Made by a program: the position numbers and the translations under genes
The notes under the pieces: generated by a model
What the model was told of the DNA's origin: nothing
The model's database searches: none
The model's input: only the letters and a program-made list of their open reading frames with translations
Part shown: piece by piece, positions 16,753 to 25,303 of the stretch
How positions within the stretch are numbered: position 1 is the stretch's first letter
Layout of the letters: every line of letters starts with the position of its first letter
Origin: an uncultured Planctomycetaceae bacterium
Lineage (GTDB): Bacteria; Planctomycetota; Planctomycetia; Pirellulales; Thermoguttaceae
Direction: 5' to 3'
DNA: 42,377 nucleotides
NCBI GenBank assembly: GCA_964414315.1
Contig: CAYPWB010000003.1
Span: 1-42,377 of the forward strand

Positions 16753-18450
16753 ATGGCGTCGCGCAAAATCGGCGGCATTATCCATACGTACCAGCGTTAC
16801 GATCCGAAGGAGCTTCCCAGCCCCTTGCAGCCCCCGCCCGACGTGGTGTCGGGGGCGTTCGAGCACATGCTGTTTTACGGCGGCATGCGCGAATTGACCG
16901 ACGAGGAACTTGCCCGGGCGGTGCGCATCGACCCGAGCCAGATTGCGGGGCTGGGCCCGAGCCTTGACGCACTACGGGCCATGCTGTTGGAACGGAAGCG
17001 GCGCATTCTCGAAACGTATGAAACCCGTAGCGTTCAAATTGAGGCGGGAAGGTCGTACCGCGACCTGGGCACCAAGGTGAAACCCCCCAAGCGGCACCGA
17101 GCCGCCTATTACGCGGCGCTCCGGGAGGAGCAGCTTTACGACCTCGAACGTCTTTGGTACCGCCAGGCCGACGAGCACGGCCCCTTCGCCCGGCAGCTTG
17201 TCACACTGATCGACCGGCTGGGCGACAAGTACCAGGTGGACGAACTGGCCGCGAAGTACGAGTTCACCGGCCGGCAGGCGATGAGTATTCCCAAGGCCCT
17301 GGAGGTGAAGCGGGAACTGGAAGAGATCGACCGGCTGCTGAAGCAACTCGACGAGGCCGCCGAGACGGCGCAGATTGGCGTGATCGACCTCGACGCCCTT
17401 TCCGAATACGCCGAACCGGGCGACATGGAAAAACTGGGGGAACTGGCTCGGCAAATGGAGGACTACTTGCGCGAGCTGGCCGAGCGGCAAGGACTCGAAA
17501 AGGCCCAGGACGGCTACCGGCTCACGCCCAAGGCGTACCGCTTGTTCCAAAGCCGCTTGCTTGAACGCATCTTCAGCAACTTGCAGGCCTCGCGTACCGG
17601 GCGGCACACAGGGCCGGTCACCGGCGAGGGAGCGGTCGAGTTGCAGCAGACCAAAGCGTACGAGTTCGGCGATTCGCTGGCCACGATGGACATTCCCGGC
17701 TCCCTAGTCAACGCCATGATCCGCGACGGCGCCGGGCTGCCTATTCGCATGAAGCCCGACGACATCGAAGTCCATCGGACCCGCAACACGCCCAAGTGCG
17801 CTACCGCCGTGCTGCTCGACATGAGCGGTTCGATGCGTTACGACGGGCTGTACGTGAACGTGAAGCGCATGGGCCTCGCACTCGACGGGCTGATCCGGCG
17901 CGAGTACCCCGGCGATTGGCTTCAGTTCATCGAGATGGCCACCTTCGCCAGGCTGCGGCGCCCGGGCGAAATCATCGGGCTGCTGCCCAAACCGGTCACG
18001 CTTTCCGACCCGGTCGTGCGGTGGCGTGTCGATATGAGCGATGAGCGAGTGAGTGAGCTGAACCTGCCGCCCCACTTCACGAACATCCAGCACGCACTTC
18101 GCCTGGCGCGGCAGATGCTGGCCGCGCAAGACACGCCGAACCGGCAAATCATCTTGATTACCGACGGCCTGCCCACGGCCCACTTCGAGGAGGAGCACTT
18201 GTTCCTGCTTTACCCACCCGACCCTCGCACCGAGGAAGCCACGATGCGCGAGGGGCACCTTTGCCGGCGGGAAGGCATTACGATCAACGTCTTCCTGCTG
18301 CCCACCTGGTCACAGTCGCGGGAAGACATCCAGTTCGCTTATCGCTTGAGCGAGGCGACCGCCGGCCGGGTGTTCTTCACCGCCGGCAGGGACCTGGACC
18401 GCTACGTCGTCTGGGATTACCTGAACCGCCGCCGCGAGATTGTGGCGTGA
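16753..18450 (+). CDS. vWA (MIDAS) domain protein, partner of the ChlI-type AAA+
   Basis: ORF 16678-18450 trimmed to ATG 16753 (MASRKIGGIIHTYQRYDPKE...). It has a coiled-coil-rich N-terminal half. The C-terminal vWA has an intact MIDAS (TAVLLDMSGSMRY ... IILITDGLPTAH). Confidence 0.85.
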   Translation: MASRKIGGIIHTYQRYDPKELPSPLQPPPDVVSGAFEHMLFYGGMRELTDEELARAVRIDPSQIAGLGPSLDALRAMLLERKRRILETYETRSVQIEAGRSYRDLGTKVKPPKRHRAAYYAALREEQLYDLERLWYRQADEHGPFARQLVTLIDRLGDKYQVDELAAKYEFTGRQAMSIPKALEVKRELEEIDRLLKQLDEAAETAQIGVIDLDALSEYAEPGDMEKLGELARQMEDYLRELAERQGLEKAQDGYRLTPKAYRLFQSRLLERIFSNLQASRTGRHTGPVTGEGAVELQQTKAYEFGDSLATMDIPGSLVNAMIRDGAGLPIRMKPDDIEVHRTRNTPKCATAVLLDMSGSMRYDGLYVNVKRMGLALDGLIRREYPGDWLQFIEMATFARLRRPGEIIGLLPKPVTLSDPVVRWRVDMSDERVSELNLPPHFTNIQHALRLARQMLAAQDTPNRQIILITDGLPTAHFEEEHLFLLYPPDPRTEEATMREGHLCRREGITINVFLLPTWSQSREDIQFAYRLSEATAGRVFFTAGRDLDRYVVWDYLNRRREIVA

Positions 18451-18471
18451 GGCAAACTGCTCGCGCAAAGC

Positions 18472-18580
18472 GTAGGGTGGATGGTTCCGGACGCGGTCGC
18501 GGCCGGGTTCACCCACGCGATGGCGAGGGCAGCGCGTGGGTGAACCCGGCTGCTCGGGCAGCCGGAACCACCCACCCTAC
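18472..18580. repeat. 109-nt compound inverted repeat between convergent genes
   Basis: The outer arms are GTAGGGTGGaTGGTTCCGG / CCGGAACCAcCCACCCTAC (19 bp, one mismatch). The inner arms GCCGGGTTCACCCACGCG (18502-18519) / CGCGTGGGTGAACCCGGC (18533-18550) pair perfectly over 18 bp around a 13-nt loop. An 11x11 internal region contains its own hairpin CCGGCTGC tcgg GCAGCCGG. Confidence 0.7.
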
Positions 18581-19185
18581 ACGCGGTAGCGTCCCACACG
18601 GTTGATTCGTCCGTGCAGGTCGTCGACGACCCAGTGCAGGATGCAGCCGTGGACGGATTCGGCCATGCCCATATCGTCGACCGGCGCGTGGAGGCCGGCC
18701 GTTTGCATCCGCCGCAGTTTGCCGCCGTCGAAACCGGTCATGCCGAAGGTGGTCAGGCCGTGCCGGTTGGCCCAGTCGACGGCGGCAATCACGTTGGGGC
18801 TGTTGCCCGAGCCGCTGATCGCGATGAGCAGGTCGCCCGCTTGGCCGTAGTGCATAAGCTGTTGCACGAACACCTGCTCGTAGCCGACGTCGTTGGCCAG
18901 GGCCATAATCCACGGCACGTTGTCGGTCAGGCTGAGGATGCGGAACCGGCGGTGGTTCTCGTCGCGCAGGTCGGCCTCGCGCAGGGTGCCCTTGCCGACG
19001 TCCTCAGCAATATGCGACGCCATCGCGGCCGAACCGCCGTTGCCGCAGACGAATACCTGGTTGCCTTGCTCGTAGGCCTCGAACAGGCGGTCGCCCATAC
19101 CGACGATTTCCGCCCGGTCGGTGCGGTCGAGCACGCGTTTCAACTCGGCCAGGTATTCGTCGGGCGACAGGTCGATTCCAATCAT
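18577..19185 (-). CDS. gmhA: SIS-domain phosphoheptose isomerase (GmhA-like)
   Basis: ORF 18577-19779 trimmed to ATG 19185 (in frame, 202 aa, AAGGA Shine-Dalgarno). VFVCGNGGSAAMASHIAEDV, LSLTDNVPWIMALANDVGYEQVF and GDLLIAISGSGNSPNVIAAVDWANRHGLTTFGMTGFDGG match the GmhA pattern. The upstream ORF extension overlaps lpxK. Confidence 0.8.
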   Translation of the reverse strand: MIGIDLSPDEYLAELKRVLDRTDRAEIVGMGDRLFEAYEQGNQVFVCGNGGSAAMASHIAEDVGKGTLREADLRDENHRRFRILSLTDNVPWIMALANDVGYEQVFVQQLMHYGQAGDLLIAISGSGNSPNVIAAVDWANRHGLTTFGMTGFDGGKLRRMQTAGLHAPVDDMGMAESVHGCILHWVVDDLHGRINRVGRYRV

Positions 19186-19225
19186 CAGTGGATTCCTTGT
19201 GCAGTAGCCGTTTGCAGGACAAAGC

Positions 19226-20305
19226 CTACCGCGATTCCGGAGTGTGTCCAGGCGGGGCGGCCAGGATCCGCTCCAGGCGGCGTTCCACGGTCTCCTGTCC
19301 TGCCAGGAACCGGAACTCGACGCATACGGCCCAAAGCGGTACGGAGCCGAGGCGATCGACGCCAATCTTGACCAGGTCCTTGTGCGTACACACAAGGGCT
19401 GCGGCTGCGAGCCCTTCCGCCCAGGCAGCCAGCGACTGAAGGTTATCGGGCGTGTAGCGGTGGTGGTCGGGAAAGATACGCCACTCGGCCGGCTGCACGC
19501 CCGCCTGCTCAAGCGTATGCCGGAAGCCGGCCGGATTGCCGATGGCGCAGAAGGCAGCCACGGGTTGGCCGCGAAGCGCGTCGAGAGGTTGGGCGGCGCC
19601 CGAAGCGGAACGCAGTCCGACGGGAACATGCGCAGCCTCCGCACAGATTGCCTCGGGCGCGACCCTCCGCACCCGGGTCCAAACCTGCCGGCGGCGGGCC
19701 GGCGCAACCATGTCGGCCCGGGTGAGGACCACGACGTCGGCCCGTCCGAGCGCGCTGAGCGGTTCGCGCAGCGTTCCACGCGGAAAAACGGCGTCGAACC
19801 CGAACGGTTCGCAGGCGTCCAGGAGCACCAGATCGAGGTCTCGGCCGATGCGGCGGTGCTGGAAGGCGTCGTCGAGCAGGATCAGCTCGCAACGCAACTG
19901 TTCGACGGCCTTGCGTGCGGCAGCCACCCGATCCGGATCCTGCAGATGCGGGACGCCGGGCAGTTTCTGTTCGAGTTCCATCGCCTCGTCGTTGGGCAAA
20001 CCGGCCTTCGCGCCGTAACCCCGGCTGACGACGGCAAGCCGGACGCCGCGATGCTGAAGCCAGCGGCCGAGCCAGGCAACCATGGGGGTCTTGCCCGTCC
20101 CACCCAACGTAATGTTCCCGACGCTAATCACCGGCACCGCTACCTGGTGTGTTCGCACGACGCCGCAATCGTAAAATCGGTTGCGCGCCTGCACGATCAG
20201 CGAGTAACCCAGCGAGACGGGGCGCAGCACGCCGCGCAACAGACGTGCGACAAGACTGCGCCGCCGGCCGCTGACGATGTCGTGGAATGTCTGAGGATTG
20301 AGCAC
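19226..20305 (-). CDS. lpxK: Tetraacyldisaccharide 4-prime-kinase
   Basis: 359 aa with a GTG start. It has the P-loop VISVGNITLGGTGKTPMVAWL, then VVSRGYG and LILLDDAFQH. Confidence 0.9.
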   Translation of the reverse strand: MLNPQTFHDIVSGRRRSLVARLLRGVLRPVSLGYSLIVQARNRFYDCGVVRTHQVAVPVISVGNITLGGTGKTPMVAWLGRWLQHRGVRLAVVSRGYGAKAGLPNDEAMELEQKLPGVPHLQDPDRVAAARKAVEQLRCELILLDDAFQHRRIGRDLDLVLLDACEPFGFDAVFPRGTLREPLSALGRADVVVLTRADMVAPARRRQVWTRVRRVAPEAICAEAAHVPVGLRSASGAAQPLDALRGQPVAAFCAIGNPAGFRHTLEQAGVQPAEWRIFPDHHRYTPDNLQSLAAWAEGLAAAALVCTHKDLVKIGVDRLGSVPLWAVCVEFRFLAGQETVERRLERILAAPPGHTPESR

Positions 20306-20701
20306 GGGCGCGGGGTCCGAAAGGTCGAGTGCGGATTATCCATCGAAAGCACTCGCGGGTAAACGGGGGGGCATCCCATCCGCGGCCCACCTCGGGCTTC
20401 GCCGGCGAGCGCCCCGGCTGGGAAGGACGAAGCCGTCGGCCGTCCCGCGCAACGCACTCGGCATAACCGTTCACAGGCCGGCCGACGACTGCTCCCCTTA
20501 CCCGCCGCAGGCAAAACCCGCAAAACCGTTGCAAGTGCCCGACGCATTCCCAAAACCTTCCCGGCCGGGTTGTCATTTGCGGAATGCGTAACGTACGGTT
20601 GTCTGAACGGCGGAATCGAGATGCCGGTATGCCTGCAAGCCCGGCGTGCCGAAGTCGGGGCAGCGCTGCTCACCACACGCGTAACCCAGGAGCAACGCCC
20701 A

Positions 20702-21190
20702 ATGCGAGTGGAATACATCAACCCCTTCGTGGCCTCGGTGCTCACCGTGTTTCGCACCATGCTGGGCACGGAACTGACGCGAGGCAAGCCGTTCGTCAAG
20801 GGCGGGTTTCAGCCTCGGCACCACATTAGCGGGGTCATCGGCCTTTCCGGCAAGGCGAGGGGGACCATCGTGCTGAGCCTCGACCGGGATGCTGCGCTCC
20901 GGGCGACCGAGGTGCTGACGGAAGAATGCCCCTCGTCAATCAATGCCGACGTGATCGACGCCGTGGGCGAGTTGGCCAACATGATCGCCGGAAGTGCCAA
21001 GGCCAAACTCGAGCAGTTCGAACTGAGCGTCAGCCTGCCGTCGGTCATCACCGGCAAGGGGCACTGCATCGAGTTCCCAAGCAACACAACACCCATCTGC
21101 ATCCCCTTTGAATGCGAATGGGGGGCCGTCGACGTCGAGGTAGGGTTTGTCGAAGTGCCGGTACCGGCTGCGGTGCCCGTCGGTGCGTAA
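20702..21190 (+). CDS. cheX: CheX-type chemotaxis phosphatase
   Basis: ORF 20570-21190 trimmed to ATG 20702, with AGGAG 10 nt upstream. YINPFVASVLTVFRTMLG, HISGVIGLSGKARGTIVLSL and DAVGELANMIAGSAK are CheX hallmarks. Confidence 0.8.
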   Translation: MRVEYINPFVASVLTVFRTMLGTELTRGKPFVKGGFQPRHHISGVIGLSGKARGTIVLSLDRDAALRATEVLTEECPSSINADVIDAVGELANMIAGSAKAKLEQFELSVSLPSVITGKGHCIEFPSNTTPICIPFECEWGAVDVEVGFVEVPVPAAVPVGA

Positions 21191-21200
21191 CGGCGCGACG

Positions 21201-22118
21201 CTACTCCTGCTCGAATAGAGCGTCGACGAACGGGTCGGGTTCGAACAGTGCCAGGTCGCCGGCCTGCTCGCCCACGCCCACGTATTTCACGGGCATGCCC
21301 ACCTGCCGGCGAATGGCTACAATGACGCCGCCTTTGGCCGTTCCGTCGAGCTTGGCCAGCACGATGCCCGTGCACTGGACGGCGTCGGTGAAATGCTTCG
21401 CCTGGCTGATGCCGTTCTGGCCGGTGGTGGCGTCGAGCACCAGAAGGACCTCGTGCGGGGCGTCGGGGGCTTGCTTGCCCAGCACGCGGTGAATCTTGGT
21501 AAGTTGCTGCATCAGGCCCTGCTGGGTTTGGAGCCGGCCGGCCGTATCGACAATGGCCACGTCGAGGCCGTCCTCGAGCGCCTTGGCCACCGTTCGGTGG
21601 GCGACGCTGGCCGGATCGCTGCCCTGGGCGCCGGTGACGATTTCTGCTCCGAGTCGCTCGGCCCAAATGCCGAGTTGCTCGACGGCCGCCGCGCGGAACG
21701 TATCGGCCGCCCCCAAGACCACACGCAGGCCCCGGTCGCGGAACATCTTCGTCAGCTTGGCAATCGAGGTGGTCTTGCCGCTGCCGTTCACACCGGCCAC
21801 CATGATGACAGTCGGACCGCTTGCCGCCATGTGAATCGGGTCGGCCGGTTGGGCGAGCAACTCCTTCAGCTTCGACTTGATGGCGCCGACAAGCTCGTCC
21901 GTGCCGACCACCCGGGCACGGAACTGCGCGCCGACGTCGTCGACAATCTCCTGGGCGGCCTGCACGCCCATGTCGGTCTTCACCAGCGACTCGAACAATT
22001 CTTCGAGCACGGCGTCGTCGACCAGCCGCCCCTCGGCCTTGAACAGGTCGCGGATGTCGGTGTTGAGCAGTTGCGTGGTCTTGCGCAGCCCGCGTTTGAA
22101 TTGGTCAAACAGTCCCAT
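21201..22118 (-). CDS. ftsY: Signal recognition particle receptor FtsY (NG domain only)
   Basis: 305 aa. Motifs present: VIMVAGVNGSGKTTSIAKL, DTFRAAAVEQL, VDTAGRL, AKLDGTAKGG. Confidence 0.95.
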   Translation of the reverse strand: MGLFDQFKRGLRKTTQLLNTDIRDLFKAEGRLVDDAVLEELFESLVKTDMGVQAAQEIVDDVGAQFRARVVGTDELVGAIKSKLKELLAQPADPIHMAASGPTVIMVAGVNGSGKTTSIAKLTKMFRDRGLRVVLGAADTFRAAAVEQLGIWAERLGAEIVTGAQGSDPASVAHRTVAKALEDGLDVAIVDTAGRLQTQQGLMQQLTKIHRVLGKQAPDAPHEVLLVLDATTGQNGISQAKHFTDAVQCTGIVLAKLDGTAKGGVIVAIRRQVGMPVKYVGVGEQAGDLALFEPDPFVDALFEQE

Positions 22119-22524
22119 GGTCGGTGCCTTCCGTTTTCTTCATCAGCCGGTCGAGTATTCCGTTCACGAATTGGGAACTTCGCGCGGTCCCGTAGCGCTT
22201 GGCCAATTCGACCGCTTCGTCGACGACCACGCGTTCCGGGGTATCGGTGTACAACAGTTCGTAGGCTCCCAGCCGCAGTACGTTTCGATCGGTCGCCGCC
22301 ATACGTCCGAGGGTCCAGTGCTCGGCGGTTTCGTCCAGGCGCGCGTCGATTTCGACACGATTCCGGCGGACGCCGGCGACCAGGTCGCGGGCAAAGTCGT
22401 ACAACTCGGCGTCGAGCCGGCGCTGGAGGAACTGATCGCGCGCCCCCGGATCGCCGCCCGGGTTCAGGTCGTCCTGGTAAAGCACCTGAAAGGCGACATC
22501 GCGGGCACGGCTGCGTCGAGACAT
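22105..22524 (-). CDS. nusB: Transcription antitermination factor NusB
   Basis: 139 aa. Motifs present: RSRARDVAFQVLYQ, DRNVLRLGAYELLY, VVVDEAVELAKRYG, FVNGILD. It overlaps the ftsY start by 14 nt. Confidence 0.9.
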   Translation of the reverse strand: MSRRSRARDVAFQVLYQDDLNPGGDPGARDQFLQRRLDAELYDFARDLVAGVRRNRVEIDARLDETAEHWTLGRMAATDRNVLRLGAYELLYTDTPERVVVDEAVELAKRYGTARSSQFVNGILDRLMKKTEGTDHGTV

Positions 22525-22589
22525 AGGTGCTAGGTGCTAGGTGGAATGTGCGAGGTGCTAGGTGAGAACACTCAGTACTCAGTACTCAT
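22525..22589. repeat. Heptad-periodic spacer filling the whole ribH-nusB gap
   Basis: Plus strand in 7-nt register from 22525: AGGTGCT AGGTGCT AGGTGGA ATGTGCG AGGTGCT AGGTGAG AACACTC AGTACTC AGTACTC AT. Confidence 0.8.
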
Positions 22590-23093
22590 TCACCGGGGTA
22601 GTTTTCCCAGTAGCTCGACCATTTCGAGGGCGGCCAGGGCGCAGTCGATGCCTTTGTTGCCGACGACTTTCCGCCGAGCGTCCTTGCCGCTGGTGGCTTC
22701 GCCGCCGGACCGGGCGATCGCTTGTTCCAGGTTTTCACAGGTGAGCACGCCGAACAGGGTGGGCACGCCGGTTTCCACGCCGATGCGAGCCAGGGCGTTG
22801 CCGATCGCCCGGTTGATGTGTTGGTCGTGCGTCGTCTCGCCGCGAATCACGGCTCCGAGGCACAGCACCGCAGCGTACCGCTGCGAGCGGGCCAACCGCA
22901 TCGCCACGGTGGGAATCTCGTACGCGCCGGGCACCCAGGCCACGTCGATCCTCGCGTCGGGAATGCCGTGTTCGAGGAACGTTTGCACGGCCCCGTCGAG
23001 CAGCCGCCGCGTAATGGTTTCGTTGAACCGGGCTACGACGACGGCAAACCGGCCTTCGGCCGCCGTGGAAGTGCCTTCGAATACGTTCGGCAT
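22590..23093 (-). CDS. ribH: 6,7-dimethyl-8-ribityllumazine synthase
   Basis: 167 aa. [30 protein letters not shown] and [15 protein letters not shown] match the family. Confidence 0.95.
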   Translation of the reverse strand: MPNVFEGTSTAAEGRFAVVVARFNETITRRLLDGAVQTFLEHGIPDARIDVAWVPGAYEIPTVAMRLARSQRYAAVLCLGAVIRGETTHDQHINRAIGNALARIGVETGVPTLFGVLTCENLEQAIARSGGEATSGKDARRKVVGNKGIDCALAALEMVELLGKLPR

Positions 23094-23097
23094 GGCG

Positions 23098-24624
23098 TCA
23101 CTTCATGTTCATGCTCATGAGGAACTCGGCGTTCGATTGCGTCTTCTCGAGCCGGTTGACGAGCAGTTCCATCGCGTCGGGCGGGTTCATGTCGGCCAGC
23201 ACGCGCCGCAGCACGCACACGCGGCGGTGCTCCTCCGGGTCCAGCAGCATTTCTTCACGACGGGTGCCGCTACGGTTGATGTCGATGGCCGGCCAGATGC
23301 GGCGGTCGACCAGCTTGCGGTCGAGCGAAATCTCCTGGTTGCCGGTTCCCTTGAACTCCTCGAAGATCACCTCGTCCATACGGCTGCCCGTGTCGACCAG
23401 CGCCGTGCCGATGATCGTCAGCGAGCCGCCCTCCTCCACCTTGCGGGCCGAGCCGAAGAACCGCTTCGGCCGCTGCAGGGCGTTCGCATCGAGCCCGCCG
23501 GAAAGCAGCTTGCCCGAGTTGGGGCACTCGGCGTTCCACGCGCGGGCAAGCCGGGTGATCGAGTCGAGGAAGATAAGCACGTCGGTGCCGAACTCGACCA
23601 TCCGCTTGGCCTTTTCGAGCACCATTTCCGCCACCTGCACGTGCCGCGCCGAGTTCTCGTCGAACGTCGAACTGATCACCTCGCAGTTCGGCCCCTTGAC
23701 CTGCCGCTCCATGTCGGTCACTTCCTCGGGCCGCTCGTCGATCAACAGCATGAACACGTACAGGTCGGGATAGTTGGTCAGCGCGGCTTTGGCCATCTTC
23801 TGCAAAAGAATGGTCTTTCCCGCCCGCGGCGGGCTGACGATCAGCCCACGCTGCCCGAACCCGATCGGAACGATCAGGTCGACCACCCGCATGCTCACCT
23901 CGTCGGGGGTGGTCTCCATGCGGACGCGCTCATCCGGGTGCACGGGCGTCAGGTCGTCGAACTGCACCTTGCCGGAAAGCAGGTTCGGGTCCTGGTAGTT
24001 GATCGCCTCGACCCGCAACAGGGCGAAGTAACGCTCATTCTCCTTCGGCGGGCGGATTTGGCCGGAAACGGTCGCTCCGGTCTTCAGGCCGAAACGGCGA
24101 ATCTGGCTGGGCGAAACGTAGATATCGTCGGGGCAGGACAGGTAGTGGTACTCCGGGCTGCGGAGGAACCCGAATCCGTCGGGCAGGATTTCCAGCGTCC
24201 CCTCGCCGTACATCAGGCCGTTGAGCTTGATGCGTTCCTTGAGGATCTTGAAGACGAGGTCCTGCTTCTTCATGCCCGAGTAATCGGTCAGGTTTTCCCT
24301 GCGGGCCTCCTCGATCAACTCGGCCATCGACATGCGCTGGAGTTCGGCAACGTGGGTGTCGCCGGAGTCCTGGGAAAGCCCGTACCGCTTTTCGAGTTGG
24401 GCTTTTGGCAGGTGCCCGCTCTCGGCGATGATTTCCTCGGCCAGCGAGAGGGGCTCCTGTTCGTCGTAAATCGTCCGGCTCGGGGCGAGCGGGGATTTGC
24501 CGTCGTTCGAGGCGAAGGCATTGCGGGGGATCGGAGGCTTGTCCTCTGCGGTCGACGAACGGTCGTTCGGCTGCCGCGAATCGGTCTCCTCGACCCCCCA
24601 CTTGGGTAAGCGCGAGTGTGGCAT
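23098..24624 (-). CDS. rho: Transcription termination factor Rho with ~95-aa N-terminal extension
   Basis: 508 aa. It has the RNA-binding region [16 protein letters not shown], the Walker A stretch [19 protein letters not shown], and [13 protein letters not shown]. The canonical N-terminus begins near [14 protein letters not shown]. Confidence 0.95.
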   Translation of the reverse strand: MPHSRLPKWGVEETDSRQPNDRSSTAEDKPPIPRNAFASNDGKSPLAPSRTIYDEQEPLSLAEEIIAESGHLPKAQLEKRYGLSQDSGDTHVAELQRMSMAELIEEARRENLTDYSGMKKQDLVFKILKERIKLNGLMYGEGTLEILPDGFGFLRSPEYHYLSCPDDIYVSPSQIRRFGLKTGATVSGQIRPPKENERYFALLRVEAINYQDPNLLSGKVQFDDLTPVHPDERVRMETTPDEVSMRVVDLIVPIGFGQRGLIVSPPRAGKTILLQKMAKAALTNYPDLYVFMLLIDERPEEVTDMERQVKGPNCEVISSTFDENSARHVQVAEMVLEKAKRMVEFGTDVLIFLDSITRLARAWNAECPNSGKLLSGGLDANALQRPKRFFGSARKVEEGGSLTIIGTALVDTGSRMDEVIFEEFKGTGNQEISLDRKLVDRRIWPAIDINRSGTRREEMLLDPEEHRRVCVLRRVLADMNPPDAMELLVNRLEKTQSNAEFLMSMNMK

Positions 24625-24655
24625 GGTTCCGTGACTCCGAAAAGGTGGAGAGATG

Positions 24656-25303
24656 TCACGCAGACGGTGACAGAGGTGGGTTGTCCTGTTCCACGAGCGA
24701 CGCCCAGAACTGCTCGACCTGAGCCCGGGTGTGCTGCGGGGTTCCGGAATTGTCGATGGTCGCGTCGGCGCGGGCGCGTTTCAGTTCGAGGGGCAACTGG
24801 GCGGCTTCGCGGCGCGCAACGTCTTCCTCGGTCCATCCCCGCGCCGCAACCCGCGCCAGCCGAAGCTCGCGAGGTGCGTCGACGAAAACCAGTCTACTAC
24901 ATAGCCTATCCCATTGAGCTTCGAGAAGCAATGGGGCGTCCAATACCACCGCCCGATATTCTCGGTCGGCGAACTCTTTCTGTTCGGCCGCGAGCCGCTC
25001 GGCTATTCGCGGGTGGAGCAGTTTTTCGAGAAATCGGCGTTCGCGCTCCCCTTCCGGCGGGGGCGCGAATACGATCTCGGCCACCCGACCTCGGTCGACC
25101 CCCCCGCTGGAACCAAAAACGTCATCGCCCCAACGTTGTCGAAGCACATCGTGGACAGTTTGCGCCTGGAGGACTTCGTGCCCTGCCCGGTCGGCATCGA
25201 GCAGGCCGGCACCGAGATCGGCCATTTGCCGGGCAACGAGGCTCTTGCCGCTACCTACGCCACCCAAAATGCCTATGGTGTGCATCGGCTCCATCTTCTT
25301 CAT
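24656..25303 (-). CDS. coaE: Dephospho-CoA kinase
   Basis: ORF 24656-25918 trimmed to ATG 25303 ([26 protein letters not shown]). This ATG overlaps the polA stop as ATGA. 215 aa. Confidence 0.9.
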   Translation of the reverse strand: MKKMEPMHTIGILGGVGSGKSLVARQMADLGAGLLDADRAGHEVLQAQTVHDVLRQRWGDDVFGSSGGVDRGRVAEIVFAPPPEGERERRFLEKLLHPRIAERLAAEQKEFADREYRAVVLDAPLLLEAQWDRLCSRLVFVDAPRELRLARVAARGWTEEDVARREAAQLPLELKRARADATIDNSGTPQHTRAQVEQFWASLVEQDNPPLSPSA

